Part shown: piece by piece, positions 29,470-47,370 of the stretch
How positions within the stretch are numbered: the first letter of the stretch is position 1
Layout: the number at the start of each line of letters is the position of its first letter
Source: the human T2T-CHM13v2.0 reference genome, Homo sapiens
DNA length: 64,000 bases
Strand: one strand, 5' to 3'
Assembly: GCF_009914755.1 (NCBI RefSeq)
Contig: NC_060938.1
Notes under the pieces: generated by a model
What the model was told of the DNA's origin: nothing
The model's database searches: none
Seen by the model: only the letters and a program-made list of their open reading frames with translations
Made by a program: the position numbers and the translations under genes

Positions 29470-30929
29470 CCTTAGAACTTTCATTAAGTAATAAATTCAA
29501 CTCTAAGAAAATTTAAGGGTTCATAACATCTACCCTCAATTCTGGTATCTGGTAATCAAAATGTACTATACATGGTATATGGTATGCCACATTCAATGAA
29601 AGCCTTGTGAAGAAACCTGTGATTAGGTAGGAACAGTGAAGAGGAGGTCTTTCATGGCAAAACTTGAATGTAACATGTCATAAGCTGTGACTCCAAAATT
29701 GTTAGTTTCCTCAGTGAAAGAGTCATGCACACCTGCGTTTAGCTCCTCAAAAATTTCTTACTGAGTTGCCTAAAATTATCCCCACTTCGCACCTATGCTG
29801 GAGTGTAATTATGTAGACCAACCTATAAAGTTTAGTCATCCCTATAAAAGGCATGTGCTGATATTAACATTCAAGGTACAGTTTGGTATGTAATACCCCA
29901 AGGGTAAGAACTGTTTACCACTATATCCTCAGTGCCTGGCAAATACTATTTCTCTAAGTATTTTTAAAATAATGACAACATCTATAAGAAACTAGTTAAT
30001 AACTCTCTGACATGCAATATGATGTCATTTACCAGAATGTAGATGCCAATAAATTAGTTTAATATTATACCTTATTAAATTTTTTTCTGGACTGAATTTG
30101 AAAATTCAGGTAACAAGCGTTTTACAATTCTCCTTCACACAGTGGAAAATAATGCCAACTCAGGAATCCGCTTCACATATAAAGAGCAAGTCCAGAAAGA
30201 TACCCAGTGAGTAGGCAGTAATGAGACACAAGAATGATCACCTGCAGCATGGCTTAGAGTAAATCTGTGTTGTACTGAAACAAGGACATGAATCCTCACA
30301 GAACTGGGTATTCATCTTGAAATGGCAAGCATGTGTTTACACACCTGAAAATTTCCAAATTTTCATAAGAGACGTAACTCTTGGATTGAAGAACCTATGT
30401 GAACCCGAAAGAAGATAAATATAAGGAAATCCACATGAAGATGCTTCATAGAGTTCTAAAAACCAAAGGAAAAGAACAAGTCTTGAAAGCAGTAAGACAG
30501 AAACAATATCTTACTTACAGGGGGAAACAATTAGAATAATAATAAAATGCTCATTAGAAACCACACAGGCCATTAAAAAAGTCACATTTTTTAAAAATGC
30601 TAAAAAACAAAACTGACAACCCAGAATCCTATATCTAGTGAAAATACTGTTTAGGAATAAAGATGAAGGCAAGACATTCCTAGGAAGAAAAATTAAGATA
30701 ATTTATTGTCATCAGACCTATCCTGAAGAATGACTAAAAGAAATTCTCTAAAAAGAAAGGACATAAGAGAAAGAATATTAGAAGAGGAGAAAAAAAAGAA
30801 AGAACACAATCAAAAATACAGGTACATACAATAGATATCTTTTGAATTTTCTAGACTATGTTTGATGGTTGAAGCAAAAATTGTAACAATATCTTATGTG
30901 CTCCTAAAAGTATTTAGAGGGAACATTTA

Positions 30930-35618
<4,689 letters not shown>

Positions 35619-35825
35619 TTAATAAACAGGAAGGGTAAAAAATATAAACAGAGAAAGTTTCTGTTTCAATTTGATGATATGGTGGTATCACATAGACTGA
35701 TAAGCCAGGTGCATATAATACCCAGAGGAACTACTGAAAGCTTACACAAAGAGTTTTACTCAAAAACACATGATAAATCAAAATGTAATTCTAAAGACTA
35801 TTCAAATAACCCAAAGGAAGGAAGG

Positions 35826-36186
35826 CATATTAGTCTGTTCTCACACTGCTAATAAATACATACCTGAGACTGGGTAATTTATAAAGAAAGAGGTTTAATG
35901 AACTCACAGTTCCACATGGCTGGGGAGGCCTCACAATCATGGCAGAAGGCAAGGAGGAGCAAAGTCACGTCTTACACGGCAGCAGGCAAGAGAGTTTGTG
36001 TAGGGGAACTCCCCTTATAAAACCATCGGATCTCATGAGACTTATTCACTATCACCAGAACAGCATGGGAAAGACCTGCCCCCATGATTTAATTATCTCT
36101 CACCGTGTCCCTCCCAGAACAAATGGAAATTATGGAAGCTACAATTCAAGGTGAGATTTGGGTGGGGACAGAGCCAAACCATATCA
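35826..36186 (-). mobile_element. Solo THE1C-like MaLR LTR, sense to CEP128
   Basis: Plus strand ends GGGTGGGGACAGAGCCAAACCATATCA; GGCAAGGAGGAGCAAAGTCACGTCTTACA; 5-bp TSD GAAGG/GCAGG. Confidence 0.92.
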
Positions 36187-36665
36187 GCAGGGAAAAAAAA
36201 AAAAAAAAAAGAGGCAGAGGAGAGAAAATACAGAACATAGACAGAAAAAAAGGCAGACTTAAATCCTAACACATCAGTAATTATATTACATAAAAATGGT
36301 TTAAATATACCAATTAAAAGACGGAGATCGTTAGAGTGAATTAAAGAACATGGCCCGATGTTATGCTATCTACAGAAAACTCACCTAAAGTGTAATGATA
36401 TAGGTTAGGTATTATATCGTGAAAGTAAAAATATATCATGCAAATATTAGATCAAATTCAAAATTAGAGTTAGAAATCCCAATATCACTCTCTCAAAAAT
36501 TGACAGAAAAACTTGACAGAAAACCATCAAGAATATGTAGAAGCATAAATATAACAAAAAAACCTATAAATAGAAACTAAATAAACCCTTCTAAATAATC
36601 CATGAGTCAAAGAAAAGTTCTCAAGGGAGGTTTAAAAATACCAGGAATTGGATAAAAATGAAAAC

Positions 36666-36982
36666 AGCTAGGCACAGTGGCTCATGCCTGTGATCCCAGA
36701 GCTTTGGGAGGCTGAGGCAAGAGGATCACTTGAGCCCGGAAGGTTGAGACCAGCCTGGGAAACACAGTGAGATCCCTTCTCTATAAAAATTTGTAAAAAT
36801 GATTAGCTGGGTGTAGTGGCTTGCACCTATAGTCCTAGCTACTTGGGAGGCTGAGGCAGAAGGATCACTTCACTTGAGCCCAGGAGTTGGTGGCTATGTT
36901 CTCAGTGAGCTGGTTGGGCCATTGCACTCTAGTCTGAGTAACAGTGAGACACTGTCACAAAAAAAAAAAAAAAAAAAAAAAA
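36666..36982 (+). mobile_element. AluJ
   Basis: Diverged dimer (GGATCACTTGAGCCC in both arms), poly-A followed by a G-run. Confidence 0.9.
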
Positions 36983-39406
36983 GGTGGGGGGGGGGAGGAA
37001 AAGAAAAAGAAAATATCACAAAAATGTCATATATCAAAATTTGTAGGACAAAGCTGATGCAGTTCTGAGAGGAAAATTTATGAAACTAAATGCATGCATT
37101 TGAAAAGAGGAAAAGTCTCAAATGAATACCCTATGCTCCCACCTCAAGAACCTTAAAAAAAAACAAAAAACCAGCAAGCAGAAGTAATAAAGATAAGAAC
37201 AAAAATCAATGAAATTGAGAACAGGAGACAATAGAGAACAAGAGGGAAAAAAAAGTCAATGAAACAATGAGCTGGTTCCTTACAAAGTTCAATAAAATTG
37301 ACAAACCTTTACCAAGATTGACAGAGAAAGAGAGACGGGGCAGGGAACAAGGGAGGGTGAAGAGAAAACACAATTACCAACGTTAGGAATGAAGATATTC
37401 CTATAGGTCCTGCTGATATGAGAAGGATTTTAAGGGAAGACTGCAAACAACCTTACAAACATAAATTTGATAATTTAGAAGATATGGAACACAAAGTACC
37501 ATAACTTACCCAATGTAAAATACCTAATTTAAATAGCCTTGTAACTATTCAGAACAATAGATGTGTAATTTTAAAACTTGCAGAACAAAAATCTCCAGAT
37601 CCAATGGTTTCACTAATAACTTTTACCAAATGTTCAAAGAAGAATTGGTACCAGTTTATACAATTTCTTTCAGAAAACAGAAGAAAATGAAATATTTCCC
37701 ATTTATTTTATTTAGCCTATTTCAATACCAAAAACAATAGACAATTGTCCCTCAAAAAAACAAAGAAAGAAAGAAAAGAAAGAAAAGAAAAAAAAAAACC
37801 GCAGCTTTCTCCTGAGCATAGAAAACACATCTTTTTTAAATAATTAGCAAATAGAATTTAGCAACTTATAATAAGAATTATGTAACATGACCATGTTGCA
37901 CTTATTCTAGGGATACAAAGTTGGTTCAGTATTTGAAAATCAATGTAATCCATTATCTTAACAGGCTGAAGATAAACAAAAATCACAGGATCATATCAAT
38001 CAATGAATAACAAGTATTTGACAAAATTCATTGACCATTTATGATAAAAATAAACTCAGAAAAAGGAACTAGAAGGGAATTCCTCAGCTACAAAAAAAAA
38101 AAAAAAAAAAACAAAACCCTATGGCTAGCATTATGCTAAATGGTGAAAGACTGAAATGTTTTCCATTTAAGATGAGAAATAAGACAAGAATACCTACTCT
38201 CACAATTCTTATTCATCATAGTACAGGAAGTTCTATAATACAATGAAGAAAAGAAAATAAAGGCATAGAGATTGGAAGCAAAGAAAAAAAGTGTCCGTAT
38301 TTGCAGATAGCATGGTTGTCATCATGAAAAAAAATCCCAAAGAATCTACAAAACAAAACAACAATAAAAGCCCACCTCAAACAACCAACAAGTGAATTCA
38401 GCAAGGTCACAAAATACAAGATAAATATACAAAAATCTATTATATTTCTATACATTAGGAGTGAATGTGTAGACATCAAAATTTAAAATTATTATACCAT
38501 TTAAAATCACTCCATTTGAAAAGACTCAAAAATGAAATAAGTATAAATTTAACAAAACATGTAAAGAATTTGTTTGCAGAAAACAAAACACTGTCATGAA
38601 AGAAATTAAAGGAGACATAAACAAATTATAAGACGTACTGTATTCATGGATTAGAAGACTCACATAGTAAAGACGTCAGTTCTCTCCAAACTAATATGCA
38701 AGTTCCATACAATTTCTATCAAAATACAGCAATACTTTTTTGTAGCTAACAACAAGATTATTCTTAAGTCTATATGGAAAGGAAAAGGAACTCGAATAAG
38801 TAAAACAATTTTTAAAAATTAAGAATAAATTGGAAGAAATAAGTATACCCAATTTCTAGAGTTATTATGGAGTTAGAGTATCAAGACTGTGGTTTTGGTG
38901 GAGGGATATGCTCATAGCTCAATAGAACAGAATAGAAAAGTAATTGAACAGAATAGAAAATCCAAATTATAGAAATGGAGAACAGATTAGTGACTGCCAG
39001 GGTTTAAGAATGGAATGAGGGTGGAAGAGAAGTGGATGTGGCTATAAAAAATATAAAAACATGGTAGATCTTCATGTTGATGGAAATGTTCTATATCTTG
39101 ACAATATCAGTGTCAGTACCCTGGTTGTGATAATGTACAATGATTTTATAAGATATTTCCACTGAAGGAGAATAGGTAAAATGATCTTTATGTATTATAC
39201 GATCTCTCTTATTATTTCTTACTTCATGTGAATCTAACAATAACATCACAAGTTTAATTTAAAAATTCAGAAGTATTTTGGGCACAATGACAGATAATGG
39301 ATCTTAAATTTTAATTGGTTAATTAATTCCTCTTTGAGGTTAACACCTCAACACTTGCCCTTCCTTGTGCAGTTCACTGCATCTACCCTAGTACACAGTC
39401 ATATTC

Positions 39407-39716
39407 TTTTTTTTTTTTTTTTTTTTTTTTTTGAGACGGAGTCTCGCTCTGTCACCCAGGCTGGAGTGCAGCGGCTTGATCTCGGCTCACCGCAAGCTCT
39501 GCCTCCCAGGTTCACGCCATTCTCCTGCCTCAGCCTCCTGAGTAGCTGGGATGACAGGCACCCGCCACCACGCCCGGCTAATTTTTTTTGTATTTTTTAG
39601 TAGAGACGGGGTTTCACCATGTTAGCCAGGATGGTCTCAATCTCCTGACCTCGTGATCCACCCGCCTTAGCCTCCCAAAGTGCTGGGATTACAGGCATGA
39701 GCCACTGCGCCCGGCT
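39407..39716 (-). mobile_element. AluY
   Basis: Y diagnostics; TSD AGTCATATTCTTTT. Confidence 0.95.
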
Positions 39717-41387
39717 GAGTCATATTCTTTTTTCTAGACTACTGCAGTTATCCATATTTCTAAAGCAAAGTATATAGTTAGACACTGTACTACTTTAAAA
39801 AAGAAAGAAAAAAAAACTTGGTCATACTAGAAAGCCCCGATGTTAGAATTAATACTCAAACACCTTAAATAATTTATTTTAAATATGTACAAAAAAACCT
39901 AAAGGAAATCATACCCAAAGAACTGAGGAAAAGTATGAGAATGATGTCTTGCAAAATGGAAAATTTTAATAAAGAGATCTAAAAAATAACCAAGTAGAAA
40001 TACTGGATTGAAAAGTAGAGAAACTGAAATTTAAAAATAATTAAAGAGGCTCAGTAGCAGATTTGAGCAGGCAGAAGAAAAAGCCTGAAGATATCTGTGT
40101 TTTCTTTCACATACCATGAAATATAGAGGTAGGAGCTACAGGGGTGGAGCAGAGGCTCTACGATGTCATCAGCACCCCAGATTCATTCTTTTTTGTCATC
40201 ATGTCATCCTCAGAAGACAAGAGACTGAAGAAAAATGAACAGAGACTTAAAAGAGCAGTGGGACACCTTGAAGTATACCAACATATGCAAAATGACACTC
40301 CCATAAGGAGAGGAAAAAGAAAGTGGGGAAGAAACATATTTGAAAAGATAATTCCCAAAGGAATTATTTGAAACGTAAAAATTCCCAAATTTGATTAAAA
40401 ACATTAATTTGCAAAACTGATAAGTTCAATGAACTTCAAATAGGATAAATTCAAAGACATTCACACCTAGATACATCATAATCAAATTCTCAAAAGCTAG
40501 AGAAAAAGAGATAATCTTGAAAGCAGTGAGAGAAAAGTGACTTATCACATAGAAGGGTTTTGTATCAGAAATCAAGGCTAGAAGGCAGTGGATTACATAT
40601 TCGAAGGGATAAACAGAAAAAAGAGAGAGAAAAGAAACTGTCAGTGAAGAACTTTACATGCAGCAAAACTGTCATTCAAAATCACAGAGATATTAACACA
40701 TTCCCAGGGTCTTTCATGGTGAAATGAAAGTACAGTAGACAATAAGTCAAGTCCACACAAATAAATAAATAGTATCAGTAAAGGTAACTATATAGATAAA
40801 TATTTTAAAAACAGTATAAATGTATTTTTTCTTTGCTTATTTTAGATGTTTACAAATATCTAAACATAGACAAAAATGTATTTTTTTCTTTGTAACTCCT
40901 TTTATTTCCCTACCTGATTTACAAGCCAACTATTTAAAGCAATAATTATAAGTCTGAGTTGATACATATACAGTATATGATATAATCTGTATCACAATAA
41001 CAATACAAAGGAAATATAAGGTAACAGAATTACGGAAGAGCAAAAAAATTGTATGCTATTGAAATTAACTTGATATTAATCCAAACTAGAATTTTATACA
41101 TGAAGAAGAAAACTGAAGAATATACATGAAGATGATATATGAAGAAGATTATACATGAAGAAGAAAAATCATTAAGGCAATCCTAGGGCAATCATTAAGA
41201 AAAAACTCAAAAATAAAAAAAAAGACAATACTATGCTGGGAAATCTCTATTAAATATTTACATACTTAATACCTAAATATGTATTTAACAAAAGAAAAGG
41301 CAATTATAAAGAAATTGAGGGAAAAAAAGACATAAAACAAATACAAACAACTAGCAAAATGGCAGATGTGTTTCCTTGTAAGTATAT

Positions 41388-42026
41388 AAGTCGTGCATTG
41401 CTTAATGATAGGGATGTGTTCTGAGAAGTGTGGTGTTCTGAGAAATGCATTTTTAGGCAATTTCCTCATTTTGCAAACATCGTAGAACAGGGGTGTCCAA
41501 TCTTTTGGCTTCCCTGGGCCACACTGGAAGAAGAATTTTCGTGGGCCACACATAAAATTAACACTAATGACAGCTGAAACAAAACAAAAATCACAAAAAA
41601 ATCTCATAATGTTTTAAGAAAGTTTACAAATTTTGGGGGGACCACATTCAAAGATGTCCTGGGCCACAGGTTGGACAAGATTGTCATAGAGTATATTTAC
41701 ACAAACCTAGATGGTATAGCCTACTGTACAACTAGGCTATATAGTATAGCCTATTGTTCCTAGGCAATGAACATGTTTGTACAGCACGTTACTGTACAGC
41801 ATGTTACTATATTGAATACCATAAGCAAATGTAACACAATACTAAGTATTTGTATATTTACAAATATCTAAACATAGAGAAGATAATGCATTGTGCTATG
41901 ACATTATGATGGCTATGACATCACTAGGCAATAGAAATTTTTCAACTCTGTTATTACCTTATGGGAACACTGTCATATATGCAGTCCATCATTAACCAAA
42001 ATGTTCTTAAGTGGCACACATAACTG
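41388..42026 (+). mobile_element. Tigger3/MER7-type DNA transposon, interrupted by MER30
   Basis: AGTCGTGCATTGCTTAATGATAGGGAT start, ACAAACCTAGATGGTATAGCCTAC core, ..CACATAACTG|TA end. Confidence 0.85.
41488..41683 (+). mobile_element. MER30 (hAT-Charlie)
   Basis: CAGGGGTGTCCAATCTTTTGGCTTCCCTGGGCCAC...GGTTGGACAAGATTG; 8-bp TSD TCGTAGAA/TCATAGAG. Confidence 0.9.
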
Positions 42027-42631
42027 TAATTACATTAAATATAAACTCTCCAGTTAAAAAGTGGAGATTGGCAGATTTATAAATGCATATAATTCAACTT
42101 TATGCTATCTATAAGAGAAATAGTTTAGATTCGAAGACAAAAGTAGGTTAAAAAAGGATGAAAACAGTAACCAAAGAGAGCTAGAATAGTTATACTAATA
42201 TCAAACAATACAGACTTTTAGACAAAACTTGTTCTGAGACAAAGGACATAAAATAATAAAAGGGTCAATCAATCAAGACTATATAACAATTATAAGTATA
42301 TATGCAAATAACAACAGAGTCTCAAAACACATGACAGAAAAATGGACAGAATTGAGGGTAAAGAATACAACAATAATAGTTGGAGACTGTAACAATACCC
42401 CACCTTCAATAATACCCAACTTTCAATATAGGATAGAACAAATAAACATTTGAAGAAAGATCAGCAAGTAATGAGAAGGCCTGAACAACAGTCTAAACCA
42501 ACTAGACCTAATAGTCATCTATAGAACACTTTACTCAGCAACAGCAGAATACACATTCTCCCCAAAGGCATACATTCTCCAAGACAAACCATATGATAGG
42601 CCATCAATAATGTCTAAATAAATTAAAAGGA

Positions 42632-42932
42632 GGCTGGGCGTGGTGGCTTATGCTTGTAATCCCAGCACTTTGGGAGGCCAAGGTAGGTGGATCACAAGGT
42701 CAGGAGATTGAGACCATCCTGGCTAACACCATGAAACTCCGTCTCTTCTAAAAATACAAAAATAATTAGCCAGGCATGGTGGCATGCACCTGTAGTCCTA
42801 GCTACTCAGGAGGCTGAGGCAGCAGAATTGCTTGAACCGGGAGGCAGAGGTTGCAGTGAGCCGAGATCGCGCCACTGCATTCCAGCCTGGGTGACAGAGC
42901 AAGACTCCGTCTCAAAAAATAAAAATAAAATA
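42632..42932 (+). mobile_element. AluSc-like
   Basis: Full dimer; 16-bp TSD AAATAAATTAAAAGGA. Confidence 0.95.
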
Positions 42933-45900
42933 AAATAAATTAAAAGGAATGAAATTATACAAAGTATGTCCTCAACACAACAAAATGATTTTAGAAAGTA
43001 GTAACAGAAGGAAATTTGGGGAATTCACAAATGCATAGAAATTAAAAAACATACTCCTAAAAATCCTATGGTCAAAGAAGAAATCAAAAGTGAAATTAGA
43101 ACATACTTTGAGAAAAATGAAAACAAAAACACGACATACTAAAATGTATGGGATACAGTGTGCTTATTAAGGAGGACCAGAAACTTCACTTTCCAAAGGG
43201 CTTTTAAACTTAATGGGAGGAAGCAATTCTGCCATTTCTGAATGAGGCCTTTCATTTGTCCTGGCTCTGGAGTGTGGCCTCAGCAAATGAGACAATGGCC
43301 TTTCTGGCCAGCAGCATTATTCATGATAGCTGAAAGATGGAAACAACCCAACTGTCCATCAAATGATGAATAGATAAACAAAATGTGGTATTTCCATACT
43401 ATATTGTATCATTTTATTATATGAAATGGTCAGAACAGGCAAATCCATAGAGACAAAAAGTAGATTTGTGGTTGCCAGAGGCTGGAGGGAGGGATATGGG
43501 AGTAACTGTTAATAATTATGAGGTTTCTTTCAGGGCTGATAAAAAATGTTCTGGAATTAGATACTGATAGCTGCATGACCTTGTGAATGAATACACTAAA
43601 ATGTACACTTTAAAAAGCTGAATTTTATTTTATGTAAATCCTATCCCAGTTTATTTAGAAAACATGGGAAGACCACTATTCCTTTTATAAATGGAATACA
43701 GAGCATGGACTCTGGGATCAGTCACATGGGTCTACAATCTTGTCCATCTACTCCTCCTTCCTCCGCTCTAAAATAGACACAATTAATAGCAATCTCTCAA
43801 TTAATAGCAATTTTCATCATTATTATTTCATCATGCCTGTAAAAAGATATTGCAATTATTATCAATTATGAATATAAATTATGTGTTGGTGATTAGAGAG
43901 CCCTGCTTGCCAAGAGAGAAAATAATTGAGTAGAATCCCATACTGCTAGGATAAAGACCATCAATATTCTCTCAGGCATTGTATTCTGCTCCAAAAAGTG
44001 AAATTCTATAGTAATATTGCTTCTCCCTCCCCATACCTTGTAAAGTGGAAATTAAGTCCTTTCTTGCTAATTTGAGTATTTAGGAATCAATTCAGTGAAA
44101 TGTTGTGAAACGATGAAGCTTTTGTTACATCTCAAAATGAATGTTACAGGTAAAAACAAAAAGTTATTACTAAAACTTTCAAAAAAGCAATATTTTCTAG
44201 TTCTATACATTCTACTTCTAAAACATCTCCTGAAATTCTCCCCCAAATTATTATAACAGCATCCTGTTGGTGTTTCCTACCAATGTTTCCCTTACAGTGC
44301 CCAGAGTCATGAATCTAAAATAGATATGCTCATGTCCCTCTTTGTTCAAAGACATCCTCTGACTTTGAACTGCTTACAGAAATAGATTCCACCTGTGTTG
44401 ATACAAGTGATTGATTGGTCATGGTTTGCTGAAGTGTATATGGTCAAGTATTCTAGGGATATGCCTGAGCTGAATGAAAAGACATTCTTGAATTCAGTTT
44501 TAATATCCTCGATGGATATGGGAATAGAGGAGAAGAATGAAATGTGGCTAGTGTTTCCCATGCTGAGATTAAGGTCAAACTCCTTAGTACATGCTTTATA
44601 AAGGATCTGTCAACAAATTTACTTCCAAGAGTATTATCTTCTGTTATCATTGCAACATCTCCTAGCATTATCTGCAATGTCCTTCCTGACCTTCACTACA
44701 TAGACAATATATAACATTATTCGAATCTCAGCTTAAAACGTATCCTCGGTTAGCTTTTACAAACCATCCCGTGCCCAAACACCACTCATATTCCTGGAGA
44801 TATTGCTGCTGTTTCTGTTTCCAGATCGCTTTGTTCCTACTTTTATTATAGTATTTATTCTATTACAGTTCATTGTTATGCATTTGGATCTACCACTATA
44901 TTCAAACTCTTTGGTAAGTACCATGTTCAGGAGATTCTAGTTCAGAATATTGTATATACTTTTTCTGAAAGGTTAGGACTTCTGTTTCAAAAGTAGTTAT
45001 CTTCTGGCAAAAGTCAGAAGACTCTAGACAGATCTGAAATTCAGATTAAGTTGACAATTAGGACAAAAAAGACAAAACTCATGGCTACACAAACCAGTCA
45101 GTAATACTCAAGTTTCTGGACAAGTTTCTACCAAGCCCATTCAAAGTATGCAATATGGTGAAAAACTATCAGAATGGAAGTCAGGAGACCTGGGTTCTCA
45201 TTCTTTCTCTGCTATTAGTTAGCTAAGTAGATTTTCAAAGATGGAAACTTAATCTTTCTTGGCCATAACGATCCTATCAATAAAAAGTGAGGTTCTATTA
45301 TCTGCTAAATTATTGCAAAGATCTCCGTAGCTCTGAAATTTTAGGCACTGTATCTTTGTAGGTTGCTGCATGGTCTCTAAGTGTTAGTTGTTGCCTCCTA
45401 GTTGAATGGCTCAATGTGTATGAGTAATAATTATTCAGAATTAATATGTATAACAATTATCTCCCTAAAACCTTTTAGGAATCCAAACAGATTCTTAGTT
45501 TAAATAATTATTTTTGTTGTTAGGACTGTTTATAGATAATAAAGACATGTGACAAATTCATTCTCGTTCACCTCGAATATCTATCTGTTTTCTTCTACAC
45601 CCAGGATAAATACACTTTAGATAATTGCAAATCTTCCCTTTTTGTTCTTCAAATCCTCACAATTACAGTAATTCTTCTATATCTTCTTATTCAGACTCTT
45701 TTTAAATTCCAAGAACAAATTAAATTACTCTATCATCTGGAAGCAGAAAAAAGAACAAAGTGGATTTTTTCACAAATGGATTACATAACATGAATATTTT
45801 CATTTGTCAGATCACTTTCTTTCCTGTCAGTGTCAAGGCAAAAAAAGGCCAAGAATGTCTTCCAAAAGACAGTTTTTCCTCAAACCAGACATCAGACAGA

Positions 45901-47099
45901 CCTTCCAAAGGGCAGTCAAGCATACTAAATCCAGTTCATGAATATGAAGGTTTGGGATTTTAGTGGTTTTAGTCCCTTTCTATTAATGAGAAGTAAAAAT
46001 GTGTGTCTCATTTAAACAGAAGGGATTCAAAAACTACCCAATTGGTAATAGAAAAATAAAAGTAAACCAAAACAGTTTCCAATAAAATATTATAGTATAA
46101 ACTTTAAAAAATTATTTATTTTATTTTTATTATAATTTTATCTTTATAAACTATGAAAATTTTTAAATTAGTGTTTTCTTTGGTGTTATGTTCCAATAGC
46201 AAATGGTTTTCATGGATAATCTCACGGGTCATTGCTTCTTTTAATTAGTAGCTTTTGCTAAACATAAAAAAATCCTCAAGTAATTTTTAACACTGATTAC
46301 AACTGCCTAGTCCATTAACAAATTGTCATATTAACACTGGCCACATTGTACAGCTTATCTTTAAAGGCTACTTGTTTCATTTTCATAGATTTTAATTAAC
46401 TTTTCCTTTCCTATTAGAGTTGACCATTAAGCAGCAACAAAGGTATTTTGCCTTTTTTGCTTCTGGATATGCAGATTTTGACTGAAAAAGAGATCTGGAA
46501 AATGCAAAAAATATAGATACCAAATTAGATGGTGGTGAGACTTGTAGATAGAATCAAAGAAGCCAGGCTCTGTAAACACTACCAGCACATTGATTGAATC
46601 AATTTCATGTTGCCACAATACTTCTGGAAGTCTGTAAAATTTCCATCAACAGCTTCTCTTATTTGCATTAGCTGGGAACAGTACATATAATCATAACTGA
46701 CAGGCTAGAGGGAGTTTAGGCTTATGAAACAGAGAAAGGAAAGGAAAATGCTCATTGTTTAGATTCCCTAAAGTAGAAAATGTTATCTTTGTTTGGGAAA
46801 CAGAATGTACTGTACTTGCAGTCTAATCCCTAAGGTTTAGGAAGGTCTACAAGTTTAGAACAGACCTCAAAGGTTCTCTCAAACAATGACCTCTTTTCCC
46901 AACACTTTCATATGTGTGCGTGTGTGTAGAGAGCAGAAAAGCCTGGATCCTGAACACCATGTTATATAATATATAGGTAATGTATATAATATCTGCTCAA
47001 ATATCACTCTATCCAAAAGGACTTCCCTGATCTAAAATGATCTAAAACAAGACACATACTCTTCCCTTTCATTATTACTCTCTAAACTCTTACCTTGTT

Positions 47100-47370
47100 T
47101 TGATACACACATATATACATATATATACATACATGTACATATATTTTAATACATATATTTATATAACATATATACGATACACACATATACATATATGTAC
47201 ATATATGTGTGCATCGAATATATGTGTTATATAAATATATGTATGAAAATGAGCTACATGTGTTTATCTTTAGAGAAAGCCTTTGATATTGTTAAATGTG
47301 TTATGTACATATTTACGTAAATCTATATCATATAGACATATCTAAAGACAAATACATATAACTCATTTTC
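47100..47370. repeat. AT-rich (TA/CA)n region with two abutting inverted repeats
   Basis: Near-palindrome at 47143-47250 and 30-bp inverted arms at 47245-47274 and 47341-47370. Confidence 0.85.

Larger units (their letters stand above)
39830..43640 (+). mobile_element. Second old L1M (L1MB7/8-like): ORF1 and endonuclease relics plus 3' end, large internal deletion
   Basis: ORF1-like AGATTTGAGCAGGCAGAAGAA, EN relic ATAATAGTTGGAGACT, 3' end GGCAAATCCATAGAGACAAAAAGTAGATTTGTGGTTGCCAGAGGCTGG at ~43315-43640. Confidence 0.7.
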
